Translations under genes and position numbers: made by a program
Assembly: GCA_045803545.1 (NCBI GenBank)
Contig: JBJMOW010000002.1
Location: 320,001 to 384,000, forward strand
Reading direction: 5' to 3'
DNA from: Gemmatimonadaceae bacterium
GTDB lineage: Bacteria; Gemmatimonadota; Gemmatimonadetes; Gemmatimonadales; Gemmatimonadaceae
Length of the DNA: 64,000 nt
Shown here: piece by piece, positions 41,117-50,029 of the stretch
Numbering within the stretch: position 1 is the first letter of the stretch
How the letters are laid out: each line of letters begins with the position of its first letter
The notes under the pieces: generated by a model
The model's database searches: none
Seen by the model: the letters and a program-made list of their open reading frames with translations, nothing else
Told to the model about the DNA's origin: nothing

Positions 41117-42175
41117 GTGAGAAAGGCCAAGCCGGCGAATGAACACCGGCCCGCGAAGATTCTGGTCATCGACGACCAGGAGCAGAACATCAAGCTGCTC
41201 ACGCGCATTCTCGAGAAGGATGGGTACGAGCACGTTCGCTCGACTACGAACGCCGGCGAGGCACTGTCGATCTACAGCGAGTTCAACCCTGATCTCGTCC
41301 TGCTCGACCTTCACATGCGCGAGAAGGATGGGTTCGAGGTGCTGCAGGAAATCGTGTCGCACAACCGCAACTCGCATGTACCTGTCTTGATGATCACCGC
41401 CGACGCCAGCTCCGACGTCAAGCGTCGCGCCCTCGCGCTTGGCGCCAAGGATTTCGTAGGCAAGCCATTCGATTCGGGTGAAGTCCTGCTGCGAATTCGT
41501 AACCTGCTCGAGACGCAGTTCCTTTATCAGCGCCTGCGCGATCAAAACACTGAGCTCGAGCGCAAGGTCGTCGAGCGTACTCGCGAGGTGGAGCAGTCGC
41601 AGCTGGAGGTTCTGGAGAGACTCGCCGTCGCCGTCGAATTCCGCGACGACGACACCGGGAACCACACCAAGCGCGTCGGCGAAGTGTCGGCCATGCTGGC
41701 GCAGACGATCAAATTGGAAACCGCGACGACCGAGCTGATTCGCCGCGCTGCGCCGCTCCACGATATCGGAAAGGTCGGTATTCCGGACAGCATTCTATTG
41801 AAGGCCGGTCCGCTGACTGGTGAAGAGTTCGAACTCATGAAGATGCACACCGTGATTGGCTCGAGAATGCTTTCGAAAGGTCGCTCCGAACTGGTCCGCT
41901 TCTCGCAGCGCATCGCACGCAGTCATCACGAATGGTGGGACGGGTCGGGTTATCCCGATCGCGTGTCGGGGCAGAGCATTCCGCTGGAAGCGAGGATCGT
42001 GGCCGTCGCAGACTTCCTCGACGCGCTCACGCACGAGCGTCCATATCGTCCGGCATGGGGAATAGACGAGACGCTGGCTGAGATACGCCGTCGCTCCGGC
42101 AGCCATTTCGATCCGGCGATCGTAAAGGCGCTCAACGAGATAGACTGGCGCACCAACTCCGTCCTCGTAGCCTAA
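41117..42175 (+). CDS. Response regulator with HD-GYP phosphodiesterase domain (RpfG-like)
   Basis: REC domain plus HDIGK, HHEWWDGSGYP, ARIVAVAD, RPYR. Confidence 0.93.
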   Translation: MRKAKPANEHRPAKILVIDDQEQNIKLLTRILEKDGYEHVRSTTNAGEALSIYSEFNPDLVLLDLHMREKDGFEVLQEIVSHNRNSHVPVLMITADASSDVKRRALALGAKDFVGKPFDSGEVLLRIRNLLETQFLYQRLRDQNTELERKVVERTREVEQSQLEVLERLAVAVEFRDDDTGNHTKRVGEVSAMLAQTIKLETATTELIRRAAPLHDIGKVGIPDSILLKAGPLTGEEFELMKMHTVIGSRMLSKGRSELVRFSQRIARSHHEWWDGSGYPDRVSGQSIPLEARIVAVADFLDALTHERPYRPAWGIDETLAEIRRRSGSHFDPAIVKALNEIDWRTNSVLVA

Positions 42176-42230
42176 CACGCGCGGCGGGTTTCTTGCCCTA
42201 CACGCCTCCGGAGTTTCTAACTGCGGAGGC

Positions 42231-43073
42231 GTGATGCTTTGGACACCTGGAGGACGCAGCCCCAACCTCGAAGACAGGCGCTCGATCGGCGGCGGCGGTG
42301 GTATGGGTCGCGGCCTGGGCATCGGGGGAACAGTGGTTGTGCTCGCCCTCAGTCTACTGTTCGGCCGCAATCTCTTTAGCGATCTCGGTGTGCAGCCCGC
42401 GGTTGGCGCCACCAATGCTCCATTCAGCGCGACTGATTCTGCGGCGCAAGAGACAGAAGTGCAGTTCATCTCATTCGTGCTGGATGATGTGCAGAGCACC
42501 TGGGCCAAAACGCTCCCCAACTATGGGGCGAACTTTCACCCCGCGAAGCTGGTTCTGTTTCGCAATTCAACGAGCTCAGGATGCGGAGAGGCTCAATCGG
42601 TGATGGGCCCGTTCTACTGCCCAACGGATGAACGCGTCTATCTCGACCTCGGCTTCTTCGACGAGCTGAAGCAGAAGTTCGGGGCTTCGGGTGATTTCGC
42701 CCAGGCCTATGTGCTCGCACACGAGCTCGGTCACCACGTACAGCATCTGCTCGGTACCGATGCACAAATCAGGCGGCTCCAGGAGCAACGGCCCGACGCG
42801 GCGAACGAGCTGTCGGTGAGATTGGAGCTGCAAGCCGACTGCTACGCCGGAGTTTGGGCGCACTCAACTGATACACGCGGAAAGCTGCAGCAGGGCGACA
42901 TCGACGAAGCTCTAAACGCTGCGTCGTCGGTCGGCGACGATCGAATTCAGCAGCAGCAGACTGGCCGCATCAACGTTGATTCGTTCACTCACGGCTCCGC
43001 GGCGCAACGCTCGGCGTCATTCAGAAAAGGTTTTGACTCGGGCGATCCACGAAGCTGCGATATCAGTTCGTGA
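42231..43073 (+). CDS. YpfJ-family neutral zinc metallopeptidase
   Basis: NLEDRR, GPFYCP.D..VYLD, AHELGHHVQ, ELQADCYAG, FTHGS. Confidence 0.92.
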   Translation: MMLWTPGGRSPNLEDRRSIGGGGGMGRGLGIGGTVVVLALSLLFGRNLFSDLGVQPAVGATNAPFSATDSAAQETEVQFISFVLDDVQSTWAKTLPNYGANFHPAKLVLFRNSTSSGCGEAQSVMGPFYCPTDERVYLDLGFFDELKQKFGASGDFAQAYVLAHELGHHVQHLLGTDAQIRRLQEQRPDAANELSVRLELQADCYAGVWAHSTDTRGKLQQGDIDEALNAASSVGDDRIQQQQTGRINVDSFTHGSAAQRSASFRKGFDSGDPRSCDISS

Positions 43074-43093
43074 GTCGCTGATTCGCACAGACG

Positions 43094-43130
43094 AAAAGGG
43101 CAACGGTTATCGCCGTTGCCTTTTTGTTTT
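43094..43130. terminator. Bidirectional terminator
   Basis: AAAAG-GGCAACGG-ttatcg-CCGTTGCC-TTTTT between convergent genes. Confidence 0.8.
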
Positions 43131-43145
43131 CCACTGCGGCTGCCG

Positions 43146-43685
43146 TTAGAGATACCGTGTTCGCAGCATCTCTCGGTGATGCAGCTCGTGACCGGCGATG
43201 ATGTAGGCGAGGGCCCGAACGGAAACCTCGGCGTTATTTGCGAGGCCGCGGCGTGCCCAGGCTTCGTCTTCGAGGTGGCGGAAGAAATACAATGTCGATC
43301 GGCGAACCGTTTCCAGCTCGGACGCGAGCTCGGATAGTGGATACGAGTTGAATGAGGAGTTGCGGACGTAGTCATCCTGCTCGTACCCGGGCACCGGCGT
43401 CTTATCCCCACGCGCGAAGCGCAGGGCGCGGTAACTGAAAATTTTCTCGGTGTCGATCACGTGACCAACCATCTCGTTCACGCTCCACTTGTCGGGTGCG
43501 TAACGATACGTCGCTGCCGACTCGCTAAGCCCGCGCAATAGACCGAGGGTCTCTCCGATCTGGTTGCTCAGCGTCGAAAGGATATCGCCGTCAGGGACAC
43601 GCTGGATGTATCGACTGTAATAGGCCAGGTATTCGTCAGTCGCTGGGCGAATGGCCCCGGGAGTAGCTACTGCGGTGCTCGTCAT
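43146..43685 (-). CDS. DinB/YfiT superfamily protein
   Basis: YRYAPDKWS..E..GH..D.E, GHELHH. Confidence 0.88.
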   Translation of the reverse strand: MTSTAVATPGAIRPATDEYLAYYSRYIQRVPDGDILSTLSNQIGETLGLLRGLSESAATYRYAPDKWSVNEMVGHVIDTEKIFSYRALRFARGDKTPVPGYEQDDYVRNSSFNSYPLSELASELETVRRSTLYFFRHLEDEAWARRGLANNAEVSVRALAYIIAGHELHHREMLRTRYL

Positions 43686-43813
43686 AAGGAGTCTTCTCGG
43701 ACCGAATGATCTCATCGGAAATAGAACCGGTGCGCGCTCTTTGCGCTACACCGCGCATTTGCCCGATTAGACACCGCCCGATATCATGCGGCTTCCTCGA
43801 ACAAGTGGGAGGA

Positions 43814-45046
43814 ATGGCAGAGCGACACGACCCGTACGTCTCACTTCGAAATCCGAATTTTCTGTGGTACGTCGCCAGTCTGGTGGCATTGACCCTGGGC
43901 ACCATGATCCAGGCCACGGTGGTTGGCTGGCAGGTGTACGCGCTCACCAAGGATCCTCTTTCCCTCGGTCTGGTCGGGCTGGCTGAGGCGCTGCCGTTCA
44001 TCACTGCCGCGCTCTACGCCGGCCACGTCGCGGATCGCCACGATCGCAAGCGTCTTTCCATGGTCGCGCTCACCGTTCAGCTGGGTTGCGGAATAGCGCT
44101 GCTCGTTCTAACGGTCTACTCCCGCCCATTGCTGACCGGAACCGTCCTTCCGTTCTACGGAATTGTTTGTATCAGCGGACTTGCGCGAAGCTTCTTGCAG
44201 CCAGCGCGCACTGCGCTCGGCGCCGAGATCGTGCCGCGCGAGACATATACCAACGCGATCACCTGGCGATCCTCGCTCTGGCAATTCGCGGCGGTGCTGG
44301 GTCCTGCGGCAGGCGGGATGCTTTACGGGTTTTCCGGACCGCGACTGGCTTATATCGTCGAAGTCGTTCTCTGTGCCCTCGCCGTGATCCTGTTCGGCAG
44401 AATTGCCTACCAGCGGTTGCCGGTCGAGCCGGACAATACAACCATTCGTGAAAATCTCACCGTCGGAATTCGATTCCTGCTCACGCAGCCCGAGCTGCTC
44501 GGCGCGCAGCTGCTCGACTTGTTTTCCGTGCTGTTTGGCGGCGCACCGGCGTTGCTGCCGATCTTCGCTGCCGAAATCCTTCACGTGGGACCCCAGGGAC
44601 TGGGCATTCTGCGCGCGGCGCCGGCAGCGGGCGCAGTCCTGATCTCACTACTCCTCGTTCATCGCCGACTGAGAAATACGGGACCGACGCTCTTTGTCTG
44701 TGTCGCGGCGTTCGGGCTGTGTTGGATCTTGTTTGCATTGTCGCGCTGGTTCTGGATGTCGCTCGCGCTGCTGGTGATCAGCGGAATGGTCGACAACGTC
44801 AGCGTCGTGATTCGCTCGACGCTCCTTACGCTACGAACGCCGCCGCGGCTTCTGGGCAGAGTATCGGCTGCCAATCAAATCTTCATCGGATCTTCGAATG
44901 AGATCGGATCGTTCGAGTCGGGGGTCGCGGCGAAGCTCCTTGGGACCGTCCGTTCGGTGATTTTCGGAGGCGTGGTGACACTCGGAGTCGTCGGCGTTAC
45001 CGCCTGGCGTGTCCCGCGACTTAGGGAATTGGACGAGCTGGCCTGA
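43814..45046 (+). CDS. MFS transporter (EntS/DHA3-like)
   Basis: About 12 TM segments, GHVADRHDRK motif A, DLFSVLFGG, GRVSA. Confidence 0.9.
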   Translation: MAERHDPYVSLRNPNFLWYVASLVALTLGTMIQATVVGWQVYALTKDPLSLGLVGLAEALPFITAALYAGHVADRHDRKRLSMVALTVQLGCGIALLVLTVYSRPLLTGTVLPFYGIVCISGLARSFLQPARTALGAEIVPRETYTNAITWRSSLWQFAAVLGPAAGGMLYGFSGPRLAYIVEVVLCALAVILFGRIAYQRLPVEPDNTTIRENLTVGIRFLLTQPELLGAQLLDLFSVLFGGAPALLPIFAAEILHVGPQGLGILRAAPAAGAVLISLLLVHRRLRNTGPTLFVCVAAFGLCWILFALSRWFWMSLALLVISGMVDNVSVVIRSTLLTLRTPPRLLGRVSAANQIFIGSSNEIGSFESGVAAKLLGTVRSVIFGGVVTLGVVGVTAWRVPRLRELDELA

Positions 45047-45152
45047 AGATTGGTGCCCTCAACGAAACTCGTTCTGTCGCCGCAGCGTACACGATGCAAA
45101 ATTAGTCTCCTTCCAAAGCGTGTCGCGTGAGTCCAACTCCAGCCGGGTTCTC

Positions 45153-47294
45153 ATGTTGCCTGCGTCGCCGATTATTGATCCGAGAGACCGTGCGCCTTCG
45201 TCCGCCGTACCTGGCTGGACGGCCGAATACGCCGTGCCACTCGGCGGCCCCGGCCACTTATTGCTCGCGACGTTCGAGCAGGCGGCAGTCGGCATCGCAC
45301 ATCTGACTCTCGACGAAGACTGGATTTCCGTCAACCAGCGCTTCTGCGAAATCACCGGATATTCCCGCGAGGAAATCCTCAGGCTGAACGTCGAGGATTT
45401 AACCCACCCGGGCGATGTCGAGCGGAGTCTCGAGTTCATTCGCCGAATCCGTTCGGGCGAGCTGCCTGAATACAGAATCGAAAAGCGCTACATCCGCAAA
45501 GATGGGGAGGTCATCTGGGTGAACCTCACTGTCTCGATCGTACGCTCCGCCCGTCAGGAACCTCTTTATCTGGTCGCGTTCATCGAAGACATCAGCGAAC
45601 GTCGGGTTGCCCAAACGGAGGTGAGTCGCACTCTCTCCCTGTTGCGCGCGACGCTCGAATCGACGGCTGATGGCATTCTCGTCGTCGATCTCGACGGAAA
45701 AATCCTGAGCTTCAATCAGAAGCTTGCCGATATGTGGGGCATCCCTTCAGAGACCTTTGGCGGTGGAGACGATCAGGTTGCCATCAACGCCGCGCTGGAG
45801 AAGCTGACTTACCCCGACGAGTTCGTCGCCAAGGTGATCGAGCTGTACAAGCACCCTGATGAAGCGAGCTACGACGTACTCGAGCTGAAGGATGGTCGGA
45901 CATTCGAGCGGTACTCGCAGCCGCAGCGGATCAACGACGTCCCAGTGGGGCGCGTTTGGAGCTTCCGGGATGTCACTGCGCGCCGGCAGGCGGAGCGGCA
46001 GGCGCACGAGCTCGCCCGCGAACAAGCGGCACGCGCCGAAGCCGAAAACTCTCAGCGCCGGGCGACTCTGTTGGCCGAGGCAAGTCGCGTTTTGAGCGCA
46101 TCGTTTGACTATCAGACAACTCTCGCGGCGCTTGTTCGGCTCGCGGTTCCAGCGATGGCAGACTACTGCGCGCTCGACATTGTCGAAGCGGAGGACCGTT
46201 TCGAGCGGATTGGCGAAGCGCACGCCGACCCGACGAAGTCGCAACTGTTGCGCGAGGTCGCGACATTCCCGCGCAACGCTCTGACCCATCATCACCCGCT
46301 GATCAGAGTCATGACGACCGGCGAGCCAGTGCTGGAGAGGGAAGTGACGCCGGCGTTCATCAGGCTCTCGTTTGCCGAAGAAGGGCAGCGGAAGGTTGTA
46401 GACGCGCTTGGGCCGCGCTCACTGATCTGCGTGCCGATTGCATCGTCCGGTAAGCCACTCGGCGCTCTAACTCTCGTCACTTCCGACACCTCGGGCCGGC
46501 GATTCTCCGTCGCCGATCTCTCGCTGGCCGCGGATCTTGCGCGCCGCGCCGCAATAGTTGTCGATCACGCCCGCCTGTTCCACGAAGCGCAGCAGGCAAC
46601 CAGGGCACGCGACGATGTGCTCGCGGTGGTCGCGCACGACTTGAGAAATCCGCTAAACACAGTCTCGATGGCGGTTAGCCTGATGCTCGAGTCCACGCCG
46701 CTGGATAGGGTGCAGGAGCGCCGGCAAGTCGAGATCGTGCGGCGGGCGGCCGATCGAATGAATCGGATGATCCAGGATCTGCTCGATGTGAAGCGGATGG
46801 AGACTGGTCGCCTGGCAATCGATGCGAAGGCGGAGTCGCCGCTCGGTCTCATCAACGACACCATCGACATGCTGCGTCCGCTGGCGTCGGGCAGCACCAT
46901 TCGCCTCGAGGCCAACATCGAAGAAAGCCTGCCGCACGTGTTGGCTGACTCGGCGCGGATTCAGCAGGTGCTTTCGAATCTCGTCGGGAACGCTGTGAAG
47001 TTCACACCGCGCAACGGACGTATCAGCATCACCGCCGAGCACATCACCGGCGAGGTCAGGTTCGGAGTGATCGATACCGGCGCAGGGATTCCGGCGGAGC
47101 AGTTGCCTCACATCTTCGGCCGATTCTGGCAGGCGAGCGATACGGATCGTCGCGGCATTGGACTGGGACTCGCGATTGCGAAGGGAATCGTAGAAGCACA
47201 TCGCGGCAAAATTTGGGTGGAGAGTCACGTCGGACTCGGCAGCACGTTCTACTTCACCCTGCCCACGGTCGCGGCGTATTCGCCTACGATATAG
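45153..47294 (+). CDS. Cytoplasmic PAS-PAS-GAF sensor histidine kinase
   Basis: Two PAS, GAF, H-box AHDLRNPL, N-box NLVGNAVKF, G-boxes DTGAGI and GLGLAI, GSTF. Confidence 0.92.
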   Translation: MLPASPIIDPRDRAPSSAVPGWTAEYAVPLGGPGHLLLATFEQAAVGIAHLTLDEDWISVNQRFCEITGYSREEILRLNVEDLTHPGDVERSLEFIRRIRSGELPEYRIEKRYIRKDGEVIWVNLTVSIVRSARQEPLYLVAFIEDISERRVAQTEVSRTLSLLRATLESTADGILVVDLDGKILSFNQKLADMWGIPSETFGGGDDQVAINAALEKLTYPDEFVAKVIELYKHPDEASYDVLELKDGRTFERYSQPQRINDVPVGRVWSFRDVTARRQAERQAHELAREQAARAEAENSQRRATLLAEASRVLSASFDYQTTLAALVRLAVPAMADYCALDIVEAEDRFERIGEAHADPTKSQLLREVATFPRNALTHHHPLIRVMTTGEPVLEREVTPAFIRLSFAEEGQRKVVDALGPRSLICVPIASSGKPLGALTLVTSDTSGRRFSVADLSLAADLARRAAIVVDHARLFHEAQQATRARDDVLAVVAHDLRNPLNTVSMAVSLMLESTPLDRVQERRQVEIVRRAADRMNRMIQDLLDVKRMETGRLAIDAKAESPLGLINDTIDMLRPLASGSTIRLEANIEESLPHVLADSARIQQVLSNLVGNAVKFTPRNGRISITAEHITGEVRFGVIDTGAGIPAEQLPHIFGRFWQASDTDRRGIGLGLAIAKGIVEAHRGKIWVESHVGLGSTFYFTLPTVAAYSPTI

Positions 47295-47562
47295 ACGGCG
47301 CTAACAAGTCAGCTTCGCCGTCGACGTTTTTCCACGACTGGCCGCCTTATGGTGGTGAGGCACTCGGGTGTTATGCAGCATCCACTTGGCCGGGAAGAAG
47401 GGCGCGACCCGCAATAGACGCATTCGGCGGCCCGAAGAGGGCAACAAGCGTTGCCGCCGGGCTCCGTTCTCGTCCATATCGCGACGTCCCGCACCTGCGT
47501 CCTGCGCCGGGACGCAGCACCCTCAGGAGGGAAGGCTGGGACAGTCCGTTGCCCACGAGTAC

Positions 47563-48711
47563 ATGGGATCCGCCGTTGCGGCGGGGCTTCGATACGTCAG
47601 CGACTCGATGCCAGGCATTCGCCGGCATCGGCACGGTCGCGGCTTCACGTATTTAGGTCCCGACGGTGACGTAATTCGCGGACGCGAAGCCCTCAAACGG
47701 TTCAAGTCGCTCGTGATTCCACCGGCGTGGACCGACGTATGGATCTGCGCACACGAGGACGGTCACCTCCAGGTGACTGCTCGTGACGCGCGCGGCCGCA
47801 AACAATACCGATATCATCCCCGATTCCGACAGCACCGTGATGGGACGAAGTTCGAGCGGATGTTCGAGCTGAGTGACGTGCTATGGAAGATTCGTGAGCG
47901 CGTCGAATCCGACATCGAGCTGCCCGGTCTCGCGCGCGACAAGATCATGGCGACGGTGGTCTGGCTGCTCGAGACCACTCTCATTCGCGTCGGTTCGGAC
48001 GAATACCGCAAGTCGAACAAATCCTTCGGCCTGACGACCCTGCGTCGTCGGCACGTCGCCGTCGTCGGCTCGGAGATGCGCTTCGAGTTTCGTGGCAAGA
48101 GCGGAGTACAGCACGCTGTCTCCGTCGCCGACAAGAGAATCGCCCGGATTGTCCAGCGCTGTCAGGAGCTTCGTGGCGAAGAGCTGTTCAAGTACATCGA
48201 CGACGAAGGAAAGCGGCAGACTGTCGACGCCGAAGACGTGAACGCCTATTTGCAGGAAATCACCGGCCGCGAGATCACGGCCAAAGACTTCCGCACCTGG
48301 GCCGGCACCATGCTCGTCGCCGAGACACTGCGCGCGGTTGGCCCTGCCGAAACCAAGCGTGAGGCGGAAAAAAACATCGTCGCCGCCGTCGATGTCACTG
48401 CGAAGAGACTCGGCAACACGCGCAGCGTCTGTCGGAAGTACTACATCCACCCGGCCCTGATCGAGGCCTACCTCGAAGGCTCAGTCCTCCAGCCACTTCC
48501 CGAGCGGAAATGGAACGCGCGTAAGACTCGCGGACCAGTGCTCCGTCAGCACGAGACGGATGTCCTCGCATTCCTGAAAGCGCGGCTCAAGTTGAAGGCG
48601 CAGAAGGTCGCTAATCCAGGTACGGATAGTCAGGATCCGAGAGACGCTCGGCCCTTGCAGCTGCTTCGGGACCCGCAATCTCCCGGGCGAGGTCCAGCAA
48701 CATCGGACTGA
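47563..48711 (+). CDS. Bacterial (poxvirus-like) DNA topoisomerase IB
   Basis: IPPAWTDVWI, GRKQYRYH, IRVG, FRGKSG, KDFRTWAGT, LGNT..VCRKYYIHP. Start uncertain (ATG 47563 or CTG 47536). Confidence 0.93.
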   Translation: MGSAVAAGLRYVSDSMPGIRRHRHGRGFTYLGPDGDVIRGREALKRFKSLVIPPAWTDVWICAHEDGHLQVTARDARGRKQYRYHPRFRQHRDGTKFERMFELSDVLWKIRERVESDIELPGLARDKIMATVVWLLETTLIRVGSDEYRKSNKSFGLTTLRRRHVAVVGSEMRFEFRGKSGVQHAVSVADKRIARIVQRCQELRGEELFKYIDDEGKRQTVDAEDVNAYLQEITGREITAKDFRTWAGTMLVAETLRAVGPAETKREAEKNIVAAVDVTAKRLGNTRSVCRKYYIHPALIEAYLEGSVLQPLPERKWNARKTRGPVLRQHETDVLAFLKARLKLKAQKVANPGTDSQDPRDARPLQLLRDPQSPGRGPATSD

Positions 48712-49060
48712 GGTGCGATCCGTAGCGTAGCAGGCTCCCGGCGCGTGATCGTCTCGCCAGCAAAAATCCCAGGAAAGGCATGTCGGCCTTGAGCGCGTTG
48801 CACGAGGGGCACGCGAGCACGAGATTGTCGCGCCGATCGTACGCGGTTTTTCCTTTCCGCGGCGTGACGTGATCCATGGTGATCGAGTCGGCCGTCACTC
48901 GGCGCTCACAATAGGCGCAAACCGGCCCGTGCCGATCGAGAAGCCACTGTCTCGTCTGCGTGTACGCGTTCCGACTAGTCGGAAGCGACGTTCGCTGTTG
49001 GGCCGGACGGCGCCGGCCACGCTTACGCGGCCGGCTGCCTCCCTTTCTTGGTCGAGTCAA
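48611..49060 (-). CDS. HNH endonuclease (zinc-binding, McrA/HNH_5-like)
   Basis: CAYC...DHVTP..G...NLVLACPSCNALK. Confidence 0.85.
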   Translation of the reverse strand: MTRPRKGGSRPRKRGRRRPAQQRTSLPTSRNAYTQTRQWLLDRHGPVCAYCERRVTADSITMDHVTPRKGKTAYDRRDNLVLACPSCNALKADMPFLGFLLARRSRAGSLLRYGSHLSPMLLDLAREIAGPEAAARAERLSDPDYPYLD

Positions 49061-49114
49061 TTCGGACGGGTGATTTGACTACGTGCAGCGGCAACGCAAT
49101 GCGCGCGCCGCTGT

Positions 49115-49918
49115 TCAGCCGATCTGGATCTCCGTTGGTACTTCTGGGTTCATCAACGACGCGCCGCCGTCGGCGTAGATGATCTGACCCGTTATCCAAT
49201 CTGCGTCCTTCGAGCAGAACATCCCGACAACCCCTGCCACGTCGGCCGGTGTTCCGAGGCGCCCCATCGGCGTCCAGCCGCGCACGTGCCAGTTCGTGAT
49301 TAACTCCTGTACCTGTTGCGGTAGGGAGTTTAGCACGCTGTCTTCAGTCCAACCTGGGCTGATCGCGTTGACTGTGATGCCTTTCTTGGCCAGCGCGACG
49401 CCGAAGTAACGAACGAGCGACTCGAGTGCAGCCTTCGCGGAACCCATTCCGACCCACGGTTGAAGACCGCCGGTTCGACTGCCCTCGGCGTACGTGATGG
49501 CAAGGATTTTCCCGCCCCTCTTCATCAACGGAATCGCTTCGCGGACGCCAATGAGGAACGCTTTTGCCTGCGAATCGAAGGCAGCGTCCCATTGTTCCAG
49601 GGTTATGTCCATCGGTGCCTGAAAAAACTCCGTTACCTCCGGGCGGGCGTTACTCACGAAGATGTCGAGGGAGCCGAACTCATTGGACACTTTCTCGAAC
49701 ATACACTTGATCTGGTCAGGCTTGGTGACGTCCGCCTGTACGATGAACCCGTCGCCACCGCGAGCGCGAACCTGGTCGAGCGTGTTCTTGGCGGCCGTCT
49801 CGTTCTGCACGTAATGGATGGCGACCTTTGCGCCGCTCTCGGCCAGTTTGAGCGCGATTCCCCGGCCAATCCCCCGTGAACTACCAGTAACGAGTGCGTT
49901 CTTTCCAGTGAGTGCCAT
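49115..49918 (-). CDS. SDR oxidoreductase, FabL/FabI-like
   Basis: TGSSRGIG, MGSAKAALE, NAISPG, TPMGRLG, ITGQ. Confidence 0.85.
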   Translation of the reverse strand: MALTGKNALVTGSSRGIGRGIALKLAESGAKVAIHYVQNETAAKNTLDQVRARGGDGFIVQADVTKPDQIKCMFEKVSNEFGSLDIFVSNARPEVTEFFQAPMDITLEQWDAAFDSQAKAFLIGVREAIPLMKRGGKILAITYAEGSRTGGLQPWVGMGSAKAALESLVRYFGVALAKKGITVNAISPGWTEDSVLNSLPQQVQELITNWHVRGWTPMGRLGTPADVAGVVGMFCSKDADWITGQIIYADGGASLMNPEVPTEIQIG

Positions 49919-50029
49919 TTCCGCCTCCTTCCTTCGTTGTGTCAGGACCCAGCGCTAAACTGCGACAGATAGAACGCCTTCGCCACAGTCTTTTGTGGAC
50001 AATCACGCGGCCAGTTAGCTTTTCGCAGA

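Noticed and set aside
27164..49060. Prophage or mobile-element reading of the Rad52-like, HNH and TopIB genes
   Set aside because: The genes are dispersed among core genes with no structural, terminase or integrase genes. The TopIB motifs are those of a topoisomerase, not a tyrosine integrase.
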